Part shown: positions 8,993 through 16,974 of the stretch, one piece after another
Layout: each line of letters begins with the position of its first letter
How positions within the stretch are numbered: the stretch's first letter is position 1
DNA from: a virus
Lineage: Duplodnaviria; Caudoviricetes
DNA length: 64,000 nt
Strand: one strand, 5' to 3'
Virus record (IMG/VR): IMGVR_UViG_3300028591_003737
Location: 64,001-128,000 of that record
Notes under the pieces: model-generated
Told to the model about the DNA's origin: nothing
Databases searched by the model: none
The model's input: the letters and a program-made list of their open reading frames with translations, nothing else
Position numbers and translations under genes: made by a program

Positions 8993-9178
8993 TTATATTT
9001 GGTTTTTTATATAATTATATTCATATTGTATTAATTCTTCTTTATGTTCTTCTATATATTGTTCTACAAAGTTACGTATTTTGTCTTCATTAAATAAATT
9101 ATCAAAATTATTATTTGATTTAATAAAATCATTATTATTTGGTTCAATAAAAACTGTATCTTTTTTTAGTATTAACAT
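8993..9178 (-). CDS. small hypothetical protein
   Basis: N-terminus MLILKKDTVFIEP nearly identical to neighbour's. Confidence 0.6.
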   Translation of the reverse strand: MLILKKDTVFIEPNNNDFIKSNNNFDNLFNEDKIRNFVEQYIEEHKEELIQYEYNYIKNQI

Positions 9179-9356
9179 CCCATTTTAATTTATTAATTTC
9201 ATTTGCAATTTCTTTAGAAACAACTATATAATTTGCTTTACCTCTTTTACTTCTATTATTAATTTCATTAGCATGTTTAAACATTATATTAATAGATTCA
9301 GAAATTATCTTTTCTTCTGGATCTATAAATTGAGTATCTTTTTTAAGTTTTAACAT
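9144..9356 (-). CDS. small protein resembling a T4-like major capsid protein segment
   Basis: ANEINNRSKRGKANYIVVSKEIANEI resembles the gp23-family ..RRGKGNFII.S..VA.. segment. Confidence 0.55.
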   Translation of the reverse strand: MLKLKKDTQFIDPEEKIISESINIMFKHANEINNRSKRGKANYIVVSKEIANEINKLKWDVNTKKRYSFY

Positions 9357-9372
9357 AATTAAAATTATTTAG

Positions 9373-9407
9373 AAGTATATAGAGGAACATTCAACCTCTA
9401 TATACTT
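9373..9407 (-). terminator. putative terminator hairpin after the TonB-dependent receptor gene
   Basis: AAGTATATAGAGG-N9-CCTCTATATACTT 13-bp stem. Confidence 0.7.
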
Positions 9408-9413
9408 AATATT

Positions 9414-11486
9414 TTAGAAATAGAATTTAAGATCTGCAAAGAAATTAGTACCAGCTTCTCTGAACCAAAGAAGTTCTGTAGCTCCTTCTGCTGCATTATA
9501 ATAATTTACTCTATTAAGTAGATTATTTACTCTAAGACCAAATTCAACATTCTTATATCTATAGTTTCCATAGAAATTAAATGTAAGATAATAAGGAATC
9601 TCATACTTATTATTCTGATCAAGATACATCTTTGAATGATATAAATTATTTAGACCAACCTTAAAATTATTTCCTTTATAATAAATATCATTATTAAGAG
9701 TAAATGCAGGAGTAAGAATATGATACTTATTTGTAAAGTTTTCAGAATTTACTTTATTCTTGCTAAGTGAAGTATTAAGTGCATAATGAATTCCATTCCA
9801 AATATTCCAATCAAGACTTACTTCAACACCCATTCTATATGAATTAGTTGCAGTATCATGAAGAGGAAGACCATTCAAACCATATTGTCCATTAAGAATA
9901 CGCTCATTCTTGAAGTACATGTAATAAAGATTTACATTAGCTTCAATTCTATCTGATGTAACTACATAACCAGTTTCAACATCATATGAACGCTCAGCTT
10001 TATTAGTTGCAAGTTCATTAAGTTGACCAGTAGCTAAATACGCAATTCTGAGATCTTCATTTCCACCAAACATATCAGTTCTTGTAGGCTCACGAGAAAC
10101 CTCAGAATATCTTACATAGAACTTATTATAATTATTAAGATCAAAATCAACATTTAATCCATAGTTTATAAAGTTCCAATCAGTACCATATTTCTTTTTA
10201 CCAAAGGACCAAAGTGGATTCATATTATCAGCATAAGAAAAATCTACATGTCTATACTGAACATTTCCACCAAATGTAAACTTATAAAGCTTATAAGTTG
10301 CTGAAATAAAAGCATTAGCATCAAACTTATTACCAGTATTATCATAATATTCAGAAGGATCAACATTTACAAAATGAGAACTTAGTTTATCATTCATAAA
10401 ATGTTCTCTCTGATACTTATAAACATTTGCACCAGCAGTAAGTGTTACAGGTCCAAGATAAAATTTTCCAGCTAAATTACCTCCATAAAGATAATGTGTA
10501 AGCCCATAAGTATAAAGAATACCAGTAGCTCCCCATGTAGCATCAGCCATTCTAGTCATATAATTATCAAGGTCGAAATTATACCAACCATTCTGATACT
10601 GGAGGTAAGCAGATGCACTTAGAAGAACATTATTAGATAGCCAGCCCTTATATTGAATCTTATTAATACTCTGGAACCATTCATCATCTTCTGACTTAAG
10701 ATTACCATTTGCACGAGGATTAACAGTAAGTTCATTAAGAGTATTACCTAACCAACCTTGACCATTACGATGACGACCATTTAAAGAAATAAAATCAATA
10801 CTATGTTTAGGATTAAAGAAATATCCATACTTAATAGTAAATGCCTGAGAGTTATTGAATCCATAATCCTTAAAACCATCAGTCTGCTGCTGAGTAGCCT
10901 TTACATGAACTGCATTATGATTTCCAATAAGACCAGAATTATAAACTATACTTGTCTTATAAGTATTAAATGAACCACCACCTACATAACCATAACTTTC
11001 AGTATCTTTAAGTAAGTCAATAGATTCAAGATTAATACTACCACCACTAGATGCAGTACCATTATTTGTACTAGAAGTACCACGTTCAACCTTTAAAGTA
11101 TGAAGTGAAGACATAAGGTCTGGAGAATTAGCGAAATAAGTACCATAATCTTCAGCTTCATTCCAAGGCATACCATCAAGAGTAACATTGATACGAGTCT
11201 GATCAAGACCACGAATACGGAAATATCCATAACCAAATTCAGTACCATTATCATTCATACTGAAAATACCAGGCATCTTACGGAATACATGAGAAGGTTC
11301 CTGACCATGATTCTCAGATACAAGAGACTCATGATTTACAAGAGACCCAACATTAACTGTATTACGATAAAATGAAACAACTGACACTGAATCAATACTA
11401 TAAACATTTGTAGTGTCAACATTCTGTCCAAAGACAGAACCCATCATAAGAAAGATGGTAAGAATAAAAATTAAAATTTTCTTCAT
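9414..11486 (-). CDS. TonB-dependent outer-membrane receptor (resembles the Bacteroidota thiamine/vitamin TBDT family)
   Basis: signal peptide; plug motif GYGYFRIRGLDQTRINVTLDGMPWN..ERG...GGSINL; beta-barrel; C-terminal VNNLLN and terminal Phe. Confidence 0.92.
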   Translation of the reverse strand: MKKILIFILTIFLMMGSVFGQNVDTTNVYSIDSVSVVSFYRNTVNVGSLVNHESLVSENHGQEPSHVFRKMPGIFSMNDNGTEFGYGYFRIRGLDQTRINVTLDGMPWNEAEDYGTYFANSPDLMSSLHTLKVERGTSSTNNGTASSGGSINLESIDLLKDTESYGYVGGGSFNTYKTSIVYNSGLIGNHNAVHVKATQQQTDGFKDYGFNNSQAFTIKYGYFFNPKHSIDFISLNGRHRNGQGWLGNTLNELTVNPRANGNLKSEDDEWFQSINKIQYKGWLSNNVLLSASAYLQYQNGWYNFDLDNYMTRMADATWGATGILYTYGLTHYLYGGNLAGKFYLGPVTLTAGANVYKYQREHFMNDKLSSHFVNVDPSEYYDNTGNKFDANAFISATYKLYKFTFGGNVQYRHVDFSYADNMNPLWSFGKKKYGTDWNFINYGLNVDFDLNNYNKFYVRYSEVSREPTRTDMFGGNEDLRIAYLATGQLNELATNKAERSYDVETGYVVTSDRIEANVNLYYMYFKNERILNGQYGLNGLPLHDTATNSYRMGVEVSLDWNIWNGIHYALNTSLSKNKVNSENFTNKYHILTPAFTLNNDIYYKGNNFKVGLNNLYHSKMYLDQNNKYEIPYYLTFNFYGNYRYKNVEFGLRVNNLLNRVNYYNAAEGATELLWFREAGTNFFADLKFYF

Positions 11487-11507
11487 TATTTATTTTGTTT
11501 TAAAAGG

Positions 11508-11900
11508 TTAAATATTTAAACAAAGTGTTGACTCTGAAACACATTTACCATCAACATAAAGTGCTAAAGCATATCTAGTATTACCTATATCTGTTCTTTT
11601 TGCTTTAAAATCAACTTTAACATGATTTCTCAAAAAATTTGTAAGTATTTCAGGATTATCAGTCAAATATTTTTCAATATAAGTATTTATATTTTCTTGA
11701 GTAATGATTTGTTTTTTCTGTTTTTTACTTTTTCTAGATTTATGAGTAGTAAGTTTTTTGCTTACCTTTTTAGGATAAACATTTTCATCATTAACAGATA
11801 TATTATCTATACTAACATTATTCATTTTCCCAGTTCTATATAATTCATTAATTATATTATCAATAAAACTACTTATACTATCAATACTATTATCTACCAT
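11508..11900 (-). CDS. hypothetical protein
   Basis: 130 aa with basic central tract. Confidence 0.65.
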   Translation of the reverse strand: MVDNSIDSISSFIDNIINELYRTGKMNNVSIDNISVNDENVYPKKVSKKLTTHKSRKSKKQKKQIITQENINTYIEKYLTDNPEILTNFLRNHVKVDFKAKRTDIGNTRYALALYVDGKCVSESTLCLNI

Positions 11901-11932
11901 ATATTATCATCTTATATTAATTTAATATAGAA

Positions 11933-12331
11933 CTATTCATTCAAAGAATTTCCATCTGGAGAACAACAATATAAATCCTCAGATATAAGTGGTTTATATT
12001 TTCCTATATGTTTTTTATCTACAGGAAGCCAAGTATCTTTAGTATCTGTTTCTGTCCATTTTGGATTCTTTCGTATAACTTGACTACAATTAATTGCTAT
12101 TTCCATTCCTTCTTCGCGAGATACAAATCTACCTTTTGAAGTATAGAATCCCATAGCATTTTGCTCTTGAACAAGTTCATCTCCAAAGCGTAGAAAGATA
12201 TCATGATGACGATATCCTAATTCAATGTTTAGAATATCATTATTAACATGATATGGTTTACTTTCTACTTTTCTTGGTTCTTTTCTTTTCCAAGCAGCAC
12301 AAAGGATATATTCTTTTGTATTATCAATCAT
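11933..12331 (-). CDS. conserved phage hypothetical protein
   Basis: ILCAA..., GYRH, GFYTSKGRFVSREE, SEDLY motifs. Confidence 0.7.
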   Translation of the reverse strand: MIDNTKEYILCAAWKRKEPRKVESKPYHVNNDILNIELGYRHHDIFLRFGDELVQEQNAMGFYTSKGRFVSREEGMEIAINCSQVIRKNPKWTETDTKDTWLPVDKKHIGKYKPLISEDLYCCSPDGNSLNE

Positions 12332-12507
12332 AAATTATTTTCATTAGGAGTTTGTCTTTCACATAAACACCAACAATAATGATAACCATTAGATATACAT
12401 GCAGAAATTTGAATAATTTTCCAACCTTCTGTATTTAATTTTTCAACTTTATTATCAACTTCATATTGATAATCTCCATCTATTTTAATTATTTTCTGTT
12501 CAATCAT
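12328..12507 (-). CDS. small hypothetical protein (59 aa)
   Basis: MIEQKIIKIDGD...LNTEGWKIIQ; ATGA overlap with next gene. Confidence 0.55.
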   Translation of the reverse strand: MIEQKIIKIDGDYQYEVDNKVEKLNTEGWKIIQISACISNGYHYCWCLCERQTPNENNL

Positions 12508-12509
12508 AA

Positions 12510-13409
12510 TTAGTCCTCAACAATCTTTCCATTCTCAACAAGGAAATCATATAAATCTTTAACTTTAATCTTCCATTGTGCTTTATATTCACAACCACCA
12601 TAGTAGTCATGATCTCCCCACTCGTCAAGTTGAATATATTTCTTCTTCAACTCTTTGAATTTAAGATATGTAATGTCTGGATATTCATTCTGAAGAATTT
12701 CATCAAGTTCTTCAAAGTCAGATTCAGGTTCAGCAGAACATGTACCTTCATTACCCCAACAATTTGCCCAAGTTCCACCAGTGGTCCAAGAATCAGAAGT
12801 TATATATTCTTTTTCCTGACCATTAAAATCATATCCATATTTGAATTTGAACTTATCCCAAGATGTTGCCTTTTCAATAGAATGGTTATACCACCAGAAA
12901 TCAATGTCAGGAAATTCCTTCTTAAGTTCATCAATACTAACATTAATATTTGCATTCATAATTGTAATTGCAGAATCTATTTCTCTGCGACCTTTATCAT
13001 TATGAAGGCAAAGTTCTCTATTAGGAATCCAAAAGTCTATGATTACCTGATATTTAGCATTTTTATCTGCATAATAATATTCACTATCATTCTTTACGGC
13101 CTTGAAAATATATTTCAATGCATTAATGATAGTCTCATTATTAAGGAATAATCCATCAAGAATAATTTCATCGTATTTAGAATAACTGTCATAATGACTA
13201 GCTTCTTCAAGAACTTCTTCAATAGTATTGATATGCTCTTGTTCAAGATAGTAATCACAATTTACCAGCTTGACACTATTATATCTAATACCATTTCTAA
13301 TGTTTCTTTTTTCAGTTTCATAATCAGACATATACTTTCTTGCCCAAGTAGTTTTACCACTACCTGGAAGACCTACAAGAACGTGAATACTTTTAACAAA
13401 TTCGCTCAT
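12510..13409 (-). CDS. P-loop kinase (AAA_33/polynucleotide-kinase-like) with C-terminal domain
   Basis: VLVGLPGSGKTTWA Walker A; IILDG. Confidence 0.75.
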   Translation of the reverse strand: MSEFVKSIHVLVGLPGSGKTTWARKYMSDYETEKRNIRNGIRYNSVKLVNCDYYLEQEHINTIEEVLEEASHYDSYSKYDEIILDGLFLNNETIINALKYIFKAVKNDSEYYYADKNAKYQVIIDFWIPNRELCLHNDKGRREIDSAITIMNANINVSIDELKKEFPDIDFWWYNHSIEKATSWDKFKFKYGYDFNGQEKEYITSDSWTTGGTWANCWGNEGTCSAEPESDFEELDEILQNEYPDITYLKFKELKKKYIQLDEWGDHDYYGGCEYKAQWKIKVKDLYDFLVENGKIVED

Positions 13410-13434
13410 AATATTTATATTTTAATCCAACTAT

Positions 13435-13469
13435 AATATAGAAAAAGGTTTGAAAAATTCAAACCTTCT
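13435..13469 (-). promoter_or_regulatory. class-1 promoter overlapping hairpin AAGGTTTGAA-aaa-TTCAAACCTT
   Basis: TTGAA-N16-CTATATT; -35 lies in the inverted repeat, A-tract on + strand. Confidence 0.6.
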
Positions 13470-14070
13470 TAAATAAATTCTCAAATAAATTGTCTCTTGT
13501 AAATATCTGCCTTATATTACACCCAATATAGTTTCCTATAACTACAATTATATAATATATAGTTGGTTTCCATAGACCATAATTTAAAAACAAATTATCT
13601 TCTATTCCAAAATAGAATGCATCAGCAATAGAGTGATTAAAACCACATATAACAAATAAAGGAATACCAATAAGAAGAGGAATTACTGAATTATCTCTTT
13701 TAGATAAAAAGACTGAAATATCAACAATACATCCACACATAATTGCTTTTGATAATGTGACATACCATGGTGACATAAGTTTATTAAATATAATTGGAGA
13801 AAGATTATTTCCAATAGCACCATCATAAGTAAAGTGCATTAACCATGCTCCAAGTGAAGCTCCACCAATATTTAGGGCTAAAACTTCCATTTTAGTCCAA
13901 AACTTCTCTTCTGTACCAGCAATACCTGTATATAGTGGAGTTTGTAATTTGACTACACAAATAATACCAAAAGCAAATAGAAATGCTCCAATTATTCCAC
14001 CAACTTTAAGAAATGCATATCCACCGATAGCAATTAAAAATCCAGCAAAAATTTTTTTAAGAATATTCAT
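13459..14070 (-). CDS. formate/nitrite transporter (FNT) family channel
   Basis: AGFLIAIGG, LYTG, N..G, FVICGFNHSIAD, GN.IG motifs; multi-TM. Confidence 0.85.
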   Translation of the reverse strand: MNILKKIFAGFLIAIGGYAFLKVGGIIGAFLFAFGIICVVKLQTPLYTGIAGTEEKFWTKMEVLALNIGGASLGAWLMHFTYDGAIGNNLSPIIFNKLMSPWYVTLSKAIMCGCIVDISVFLSKRDNSVIPLLIGIPLFVICGFNHSIADAFYFGIEDNLFLNYGLWKPTIYYIIVVIGNYIGCNIRQIFTRDNLFENLFKKV

Positions 14071-14241
14071 TATTTTTCTTTTTATTAGGACAACCAGCAG
14101 CTAAATCTAAATTATGACTAAGCATGCATTTTAATTCATTAGTATCTTTAATTATAGAGAAAAAAGCACAATCTTTACACTTTTCTGGAATATTCATAAG
14201 TACAATCAAATAATATATTTGAATATACTTAAAAATAAAGT

Positions 14242-14595
14242 TTAATCTACTACTTTTTCTCTTTTAAATATATACATAATAGCATAAGGTTTACCATCAC
14301 CGCCATAACTAGTTAATGCACTAAAACTTACTAATTCCCATTTAGCAACTTTATTTAAAAATGTTAAAATATCTTTAAATTTTTTAAAATCAAGTTTTTC
14401 ATAATATTTATCAAAATGATCTTCAATAGTTAAAAATCCATTATTTATATATGTTTTAATATCATTAAAATTATATTGATATGGTGTTTGTGGATGTTTC
14501 ATTTCAAGAGAAATAAAACCGCATATTTGCTCATAATCTATAATTATTTGATTATATTCATAATAACTATCTGATGTTGATTTTTTGTCTTTCAT
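14242..14595 (-). CDS. hypothetical protein
   Basis: 117 aa; LNKVAKWELV..YIFKRE. Confidence 0.65.
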   Translation of the reverse strand: MKDKKSTSDSYYEYNQIIIDYEQICGFISLEMKHPQTPYQYNFNDIKTYINNGFLTIEDHFDKYYEKLDFKKFKDILTFLNKVAKWELVSFSALTSYGGDGKPYAIMYIFKREKVVD

Positions 14596-15083
14596 TAGAA
14601 TAAATTTAATTGTTCTATCTTCTTTACTTCTTTTTCTGGAAGAGGACCTTTATCTCTAAGATAAGTTAATCTTCCACAGAATTCTGATGTAGTCAACACG
14701 GTTTCATTTATTTTATTCTTTCCTATAGAATGAGTTAATGTACTTCCTTTAGTTGCTTCAAGAGCTTTTCTAAATCCTTCATTCTTATAAAGTTGATTAT
14801 ATGCTCTATTCAAAAGATTCTGATATTCATCACTATCTCTTTTATACGTATCTCCAAGCCAATAAAGTTCTTGTTTTTGAAACCACTTCTTTTTCTTTCC
14901 TTTAAACTTTGCCGCTTTACCTACAAGAGTACATACATATTTCTGCATTTCAACAGATTCAAACTTCAATGACTGAAGAAATCCTTCCATTGAATTACAT
15001 TGTACTCCATCAATCTCAAATGGGTGTGGAGCAAAATTACTTAAGGTTCCAGCAGGATAACCATTACCACTTCCTATATCCAT
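14595..15083 (-). CDS. NADAR family protein (T4 gp30.3-like)
   Basis: LSNFAPHPFEIDG..C.SMEGFLQSLKF, LYW.G, LTHSIG, T.LT..EF motifs. Confidence 0.8.
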   Translation of the reverse strand: MDIGSGNGYPAGTLSNFAPHPFEIDGVQCNSMEGFLQSLKFESVEMQKYVCTLVGKAAKFKGKKKKWFQKQELYWLGDTYKRDSDEYQNLLNRAYNQLYKNEGFRKALEATKGSTLTHSIGKNKINETVLTTSEFCGRLTYLRDKGPLPEKEVKKIEQLNLF

Positions 15084-15085
15084 AA

Positions 15086-15409
15086 TTATTTATTTATTTC
15101 TTTATAATATTCATCATCAATTCTATTGATATAATCAAGAGGAGATTCACCAACTTTTAAAATATGGATTTTTTCAAATCCATTTTCTTTAGTAATTAAA
15201 GATTCTTCTTCTTTAATACTACCTTTATATTTTAATCCATAATCACCAGACATTTTCTTTGTAGCTGGATCTAAATCACCCCAATAAGTTTTCTCATCTC
15301 CATCAATAGTTTCTACATAATAAGATTTACCAGTCTTTAAAGATTTAACTATAAAACGACCAGTTTCATCTCTATTAAATAAAAATTTTTTACTAAAATC
15401 TTTATCCAT
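15086..15409 (-). CDS. conserved phage hypothetical protein
   Basis: ETGRFIV.S..TGK.YYVE...WGD.DPATKK..G.YG.KY.G. Confidence 0.75.
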   Translation of the reverse strand: MDKDFSKKFLFNRDETGRFIVKSLKTGKSYYVETIDGDEKTYWGDLDPATKKMSGDYGLKYKGSIKEEESLITKENGFEKIHILKVGESPLDYINRIDDEYYKEINK

Positions 15410-15734
15410 TGTCTTTAATTCTATGTTTTACTGCATATTTTGGGAATGAATCAGCTAATGCTTGTGCTATTGTTTCCCAAGGTTGTATACAATTTTCGGT
15501 ATCTTCACAACTATATCCAACACCTTTAAATACAGTTATACCATCATATCTTGCATAATTAAGCATTTTTACTTTTCTACCTTTATCAAAGTAATAATAT
15601 GATAATAAAACTTCATTACCTACTTTTGGTTTTAAAATTCTTTTAACCTTAGTAGATAATTTTACATACTGATATTTTTCAGGATAATTATTAAAACCTA
15701 CTTTATCCCAAAATTCTTTATCATAATGAATCAT
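15402..15734 (-). CDS. hypothetical protein
   Basis: 110 aa packed ORF. Confidence 0.65.
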   Translation of the reverse strand: MIHYDKEFWDKVGFNNYPEKYQYVKLSTKVKRILKPKVGNEVLLSYYYFDKGRKVKMLNYARYDGITVFKGVGYSCEDTENCIQPWETIAQALADSFPKYAVKHRIKDNG

Positions 15735-15736
15735 AT

Positions 15737-16003
15737 TTATTCAACTATTTCAAATCCTTTTAATTCATTATATTCTTTATCAGAAACATATCTCCATGCT
15801 AAAAGTAAAATAGGAGGAATAGTTATTTCTCCATTAAAATGAATTGCTTGATCAAAAACAATATCATTATTTTCATCTACATGACCAACATATTTACCTT
15901 GATTAGTTTTACAATAAATCTTTCGTCCTACTTCTGGCCATGCATCATAATCATCATCTCGTCTATAATACCATTTTTTATTCATACTTACTGTCATCAT
16001 CAA
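15737..16003 (-). CDS. hypothetical protein
   Basis: ORF; true start may be MNKKW. Confidence 0.6.
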   Translation of the reverse strand: MMMTVSMNKKWYYRRDDDYDAWPEVGRKIYCKTNQGKYVGHVDENNDIVFDQAIHFNGEITIPPILLLAWRYVSDKEYNELKGFEIVE

Positions 16004-16187
16004 TTACTTCATACTGACAATGTAATTTGACTTCTTTAATACCATCAGGAAATATATCAATATCATTTTCATAATATTCTGAAAATTTCTTAATAGCATC
16101 TTGAACATCTTTTGCTACAACAAGTTCACCATCACGTAATCCATAATGATTAACTTTAAATATTTTTATATAATTTCTTGTAATCAT
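15978..16187 (-). CDS. hypothetical protein
   Basis: 69 aa packed ORF. Confidence 0.65.
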   Translation of the reverse strand: MITRNYIKIFKVNHYGLRDGELVVAKDVQDAIKKFSEYYENDIDIFPDGIKEVKLHCQYEVIDDDSKYE

Positions 16188-16188
16188 A

Positions 16189-16527
16189 TTACTTTAAACC
16201 AATAACTTTAATTGCTCCTTCTATTTGTTCAATATCAAATTTTTTAAAACATATATTGTTTTCAATTTTAAAACCATTTCCACAACCATAAAAACTATAC
16301 CAGTTTCTTATACTTACAAGACCAAACTTATCTGTAACTTTTTTATATACATGAGTATATCTACACCATTTATTTGCACTTGTAATATCTTTAGAACTAA
16401 ACTTTTCATAAGTTATTGTTCTACAATATACTTTTTCTTTACAAGCATTATTTCTCTCATTAGTTTCTTCTTTAATATATTCAGAGAAACCATGATCTTT
16501 AAACTATTTATCATCAATCTTAGACAT
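16189..16527 (-). pseudogene. 112-codon frame interrupted by one in-frame TAG at codon 8
   Basis: ATG TCT AAG ATT GAT GAT AAA TAG TTT... fills the gap exactly and ends TAA-T-ATG. Confidence 0.6.
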
Positions 16528-16738
16528 GATTAACCTCCCTATCAATTTCAATTAACTTTTCTGGATGCATTGTCCAAAACTGAAATAAATTACTATCAAA
16601 CATATTTACATCGACTTTCTGATAATAAGCAATGCAATTTGGTTCATTTGCTCTCATTACAGCAAGACCAAGATTAAGGTTCTTTTTTGTAGTAAAAAGA
16701 CCCATAAGCATTCTATTTTTATTAACTAAGATGTACAT
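16520..16738 (-). CDS. hypothetical protein
   Basis: 72 aa packed ORF. Confidence 0.65.
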   Translation of the reverse strand: MYILVNKNRMLMGLFTTKKNLNLGLAVMRANEPNCIAYYQKVDVNMFDSNLFQFWTMHPEKLIEIDREVNHV

Positions 16739-16971
16739 GGTGAATATGTTTTAATTAAACTTTCAAGATTATTAAATTCAATTCTTCCAGGAATCCACTG
16801 ATAATAACTTACTTCTACATTATAATTCTTTTTAAGTTTATTTAATATAGTATTAATTTCATCAGCACAAATTCCTGAATATAAAGTACCAACCATCTTA
16901 TTGAAAGCTTCTCCACGTTTTTGAAGTTCAATAAGAAGGTCATATATCTTTTTATTACGTCTGCTATCCAT
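16726..16971 (-). CDS. hypothetical protein
   Basis: 81 aa packed ORF. Confidence 0.65.
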   Translation of the reverse strand: MDSRRNKKIYDLLIELQKRGEAFNKMVGTLYSGICADEINTILNKLKKNYNVEVSYYQWIPGRIEFNNLESLIKTYSPCTS

Positions 16972-16974
16972 AAA

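Noticed and set aside
11487-11507. TPP riboswitch upstream of the thiamine-type TBDT
   Set aside because: The gap is only 21 nt and AT-only on the key positions; no aptamer consensus is visible.
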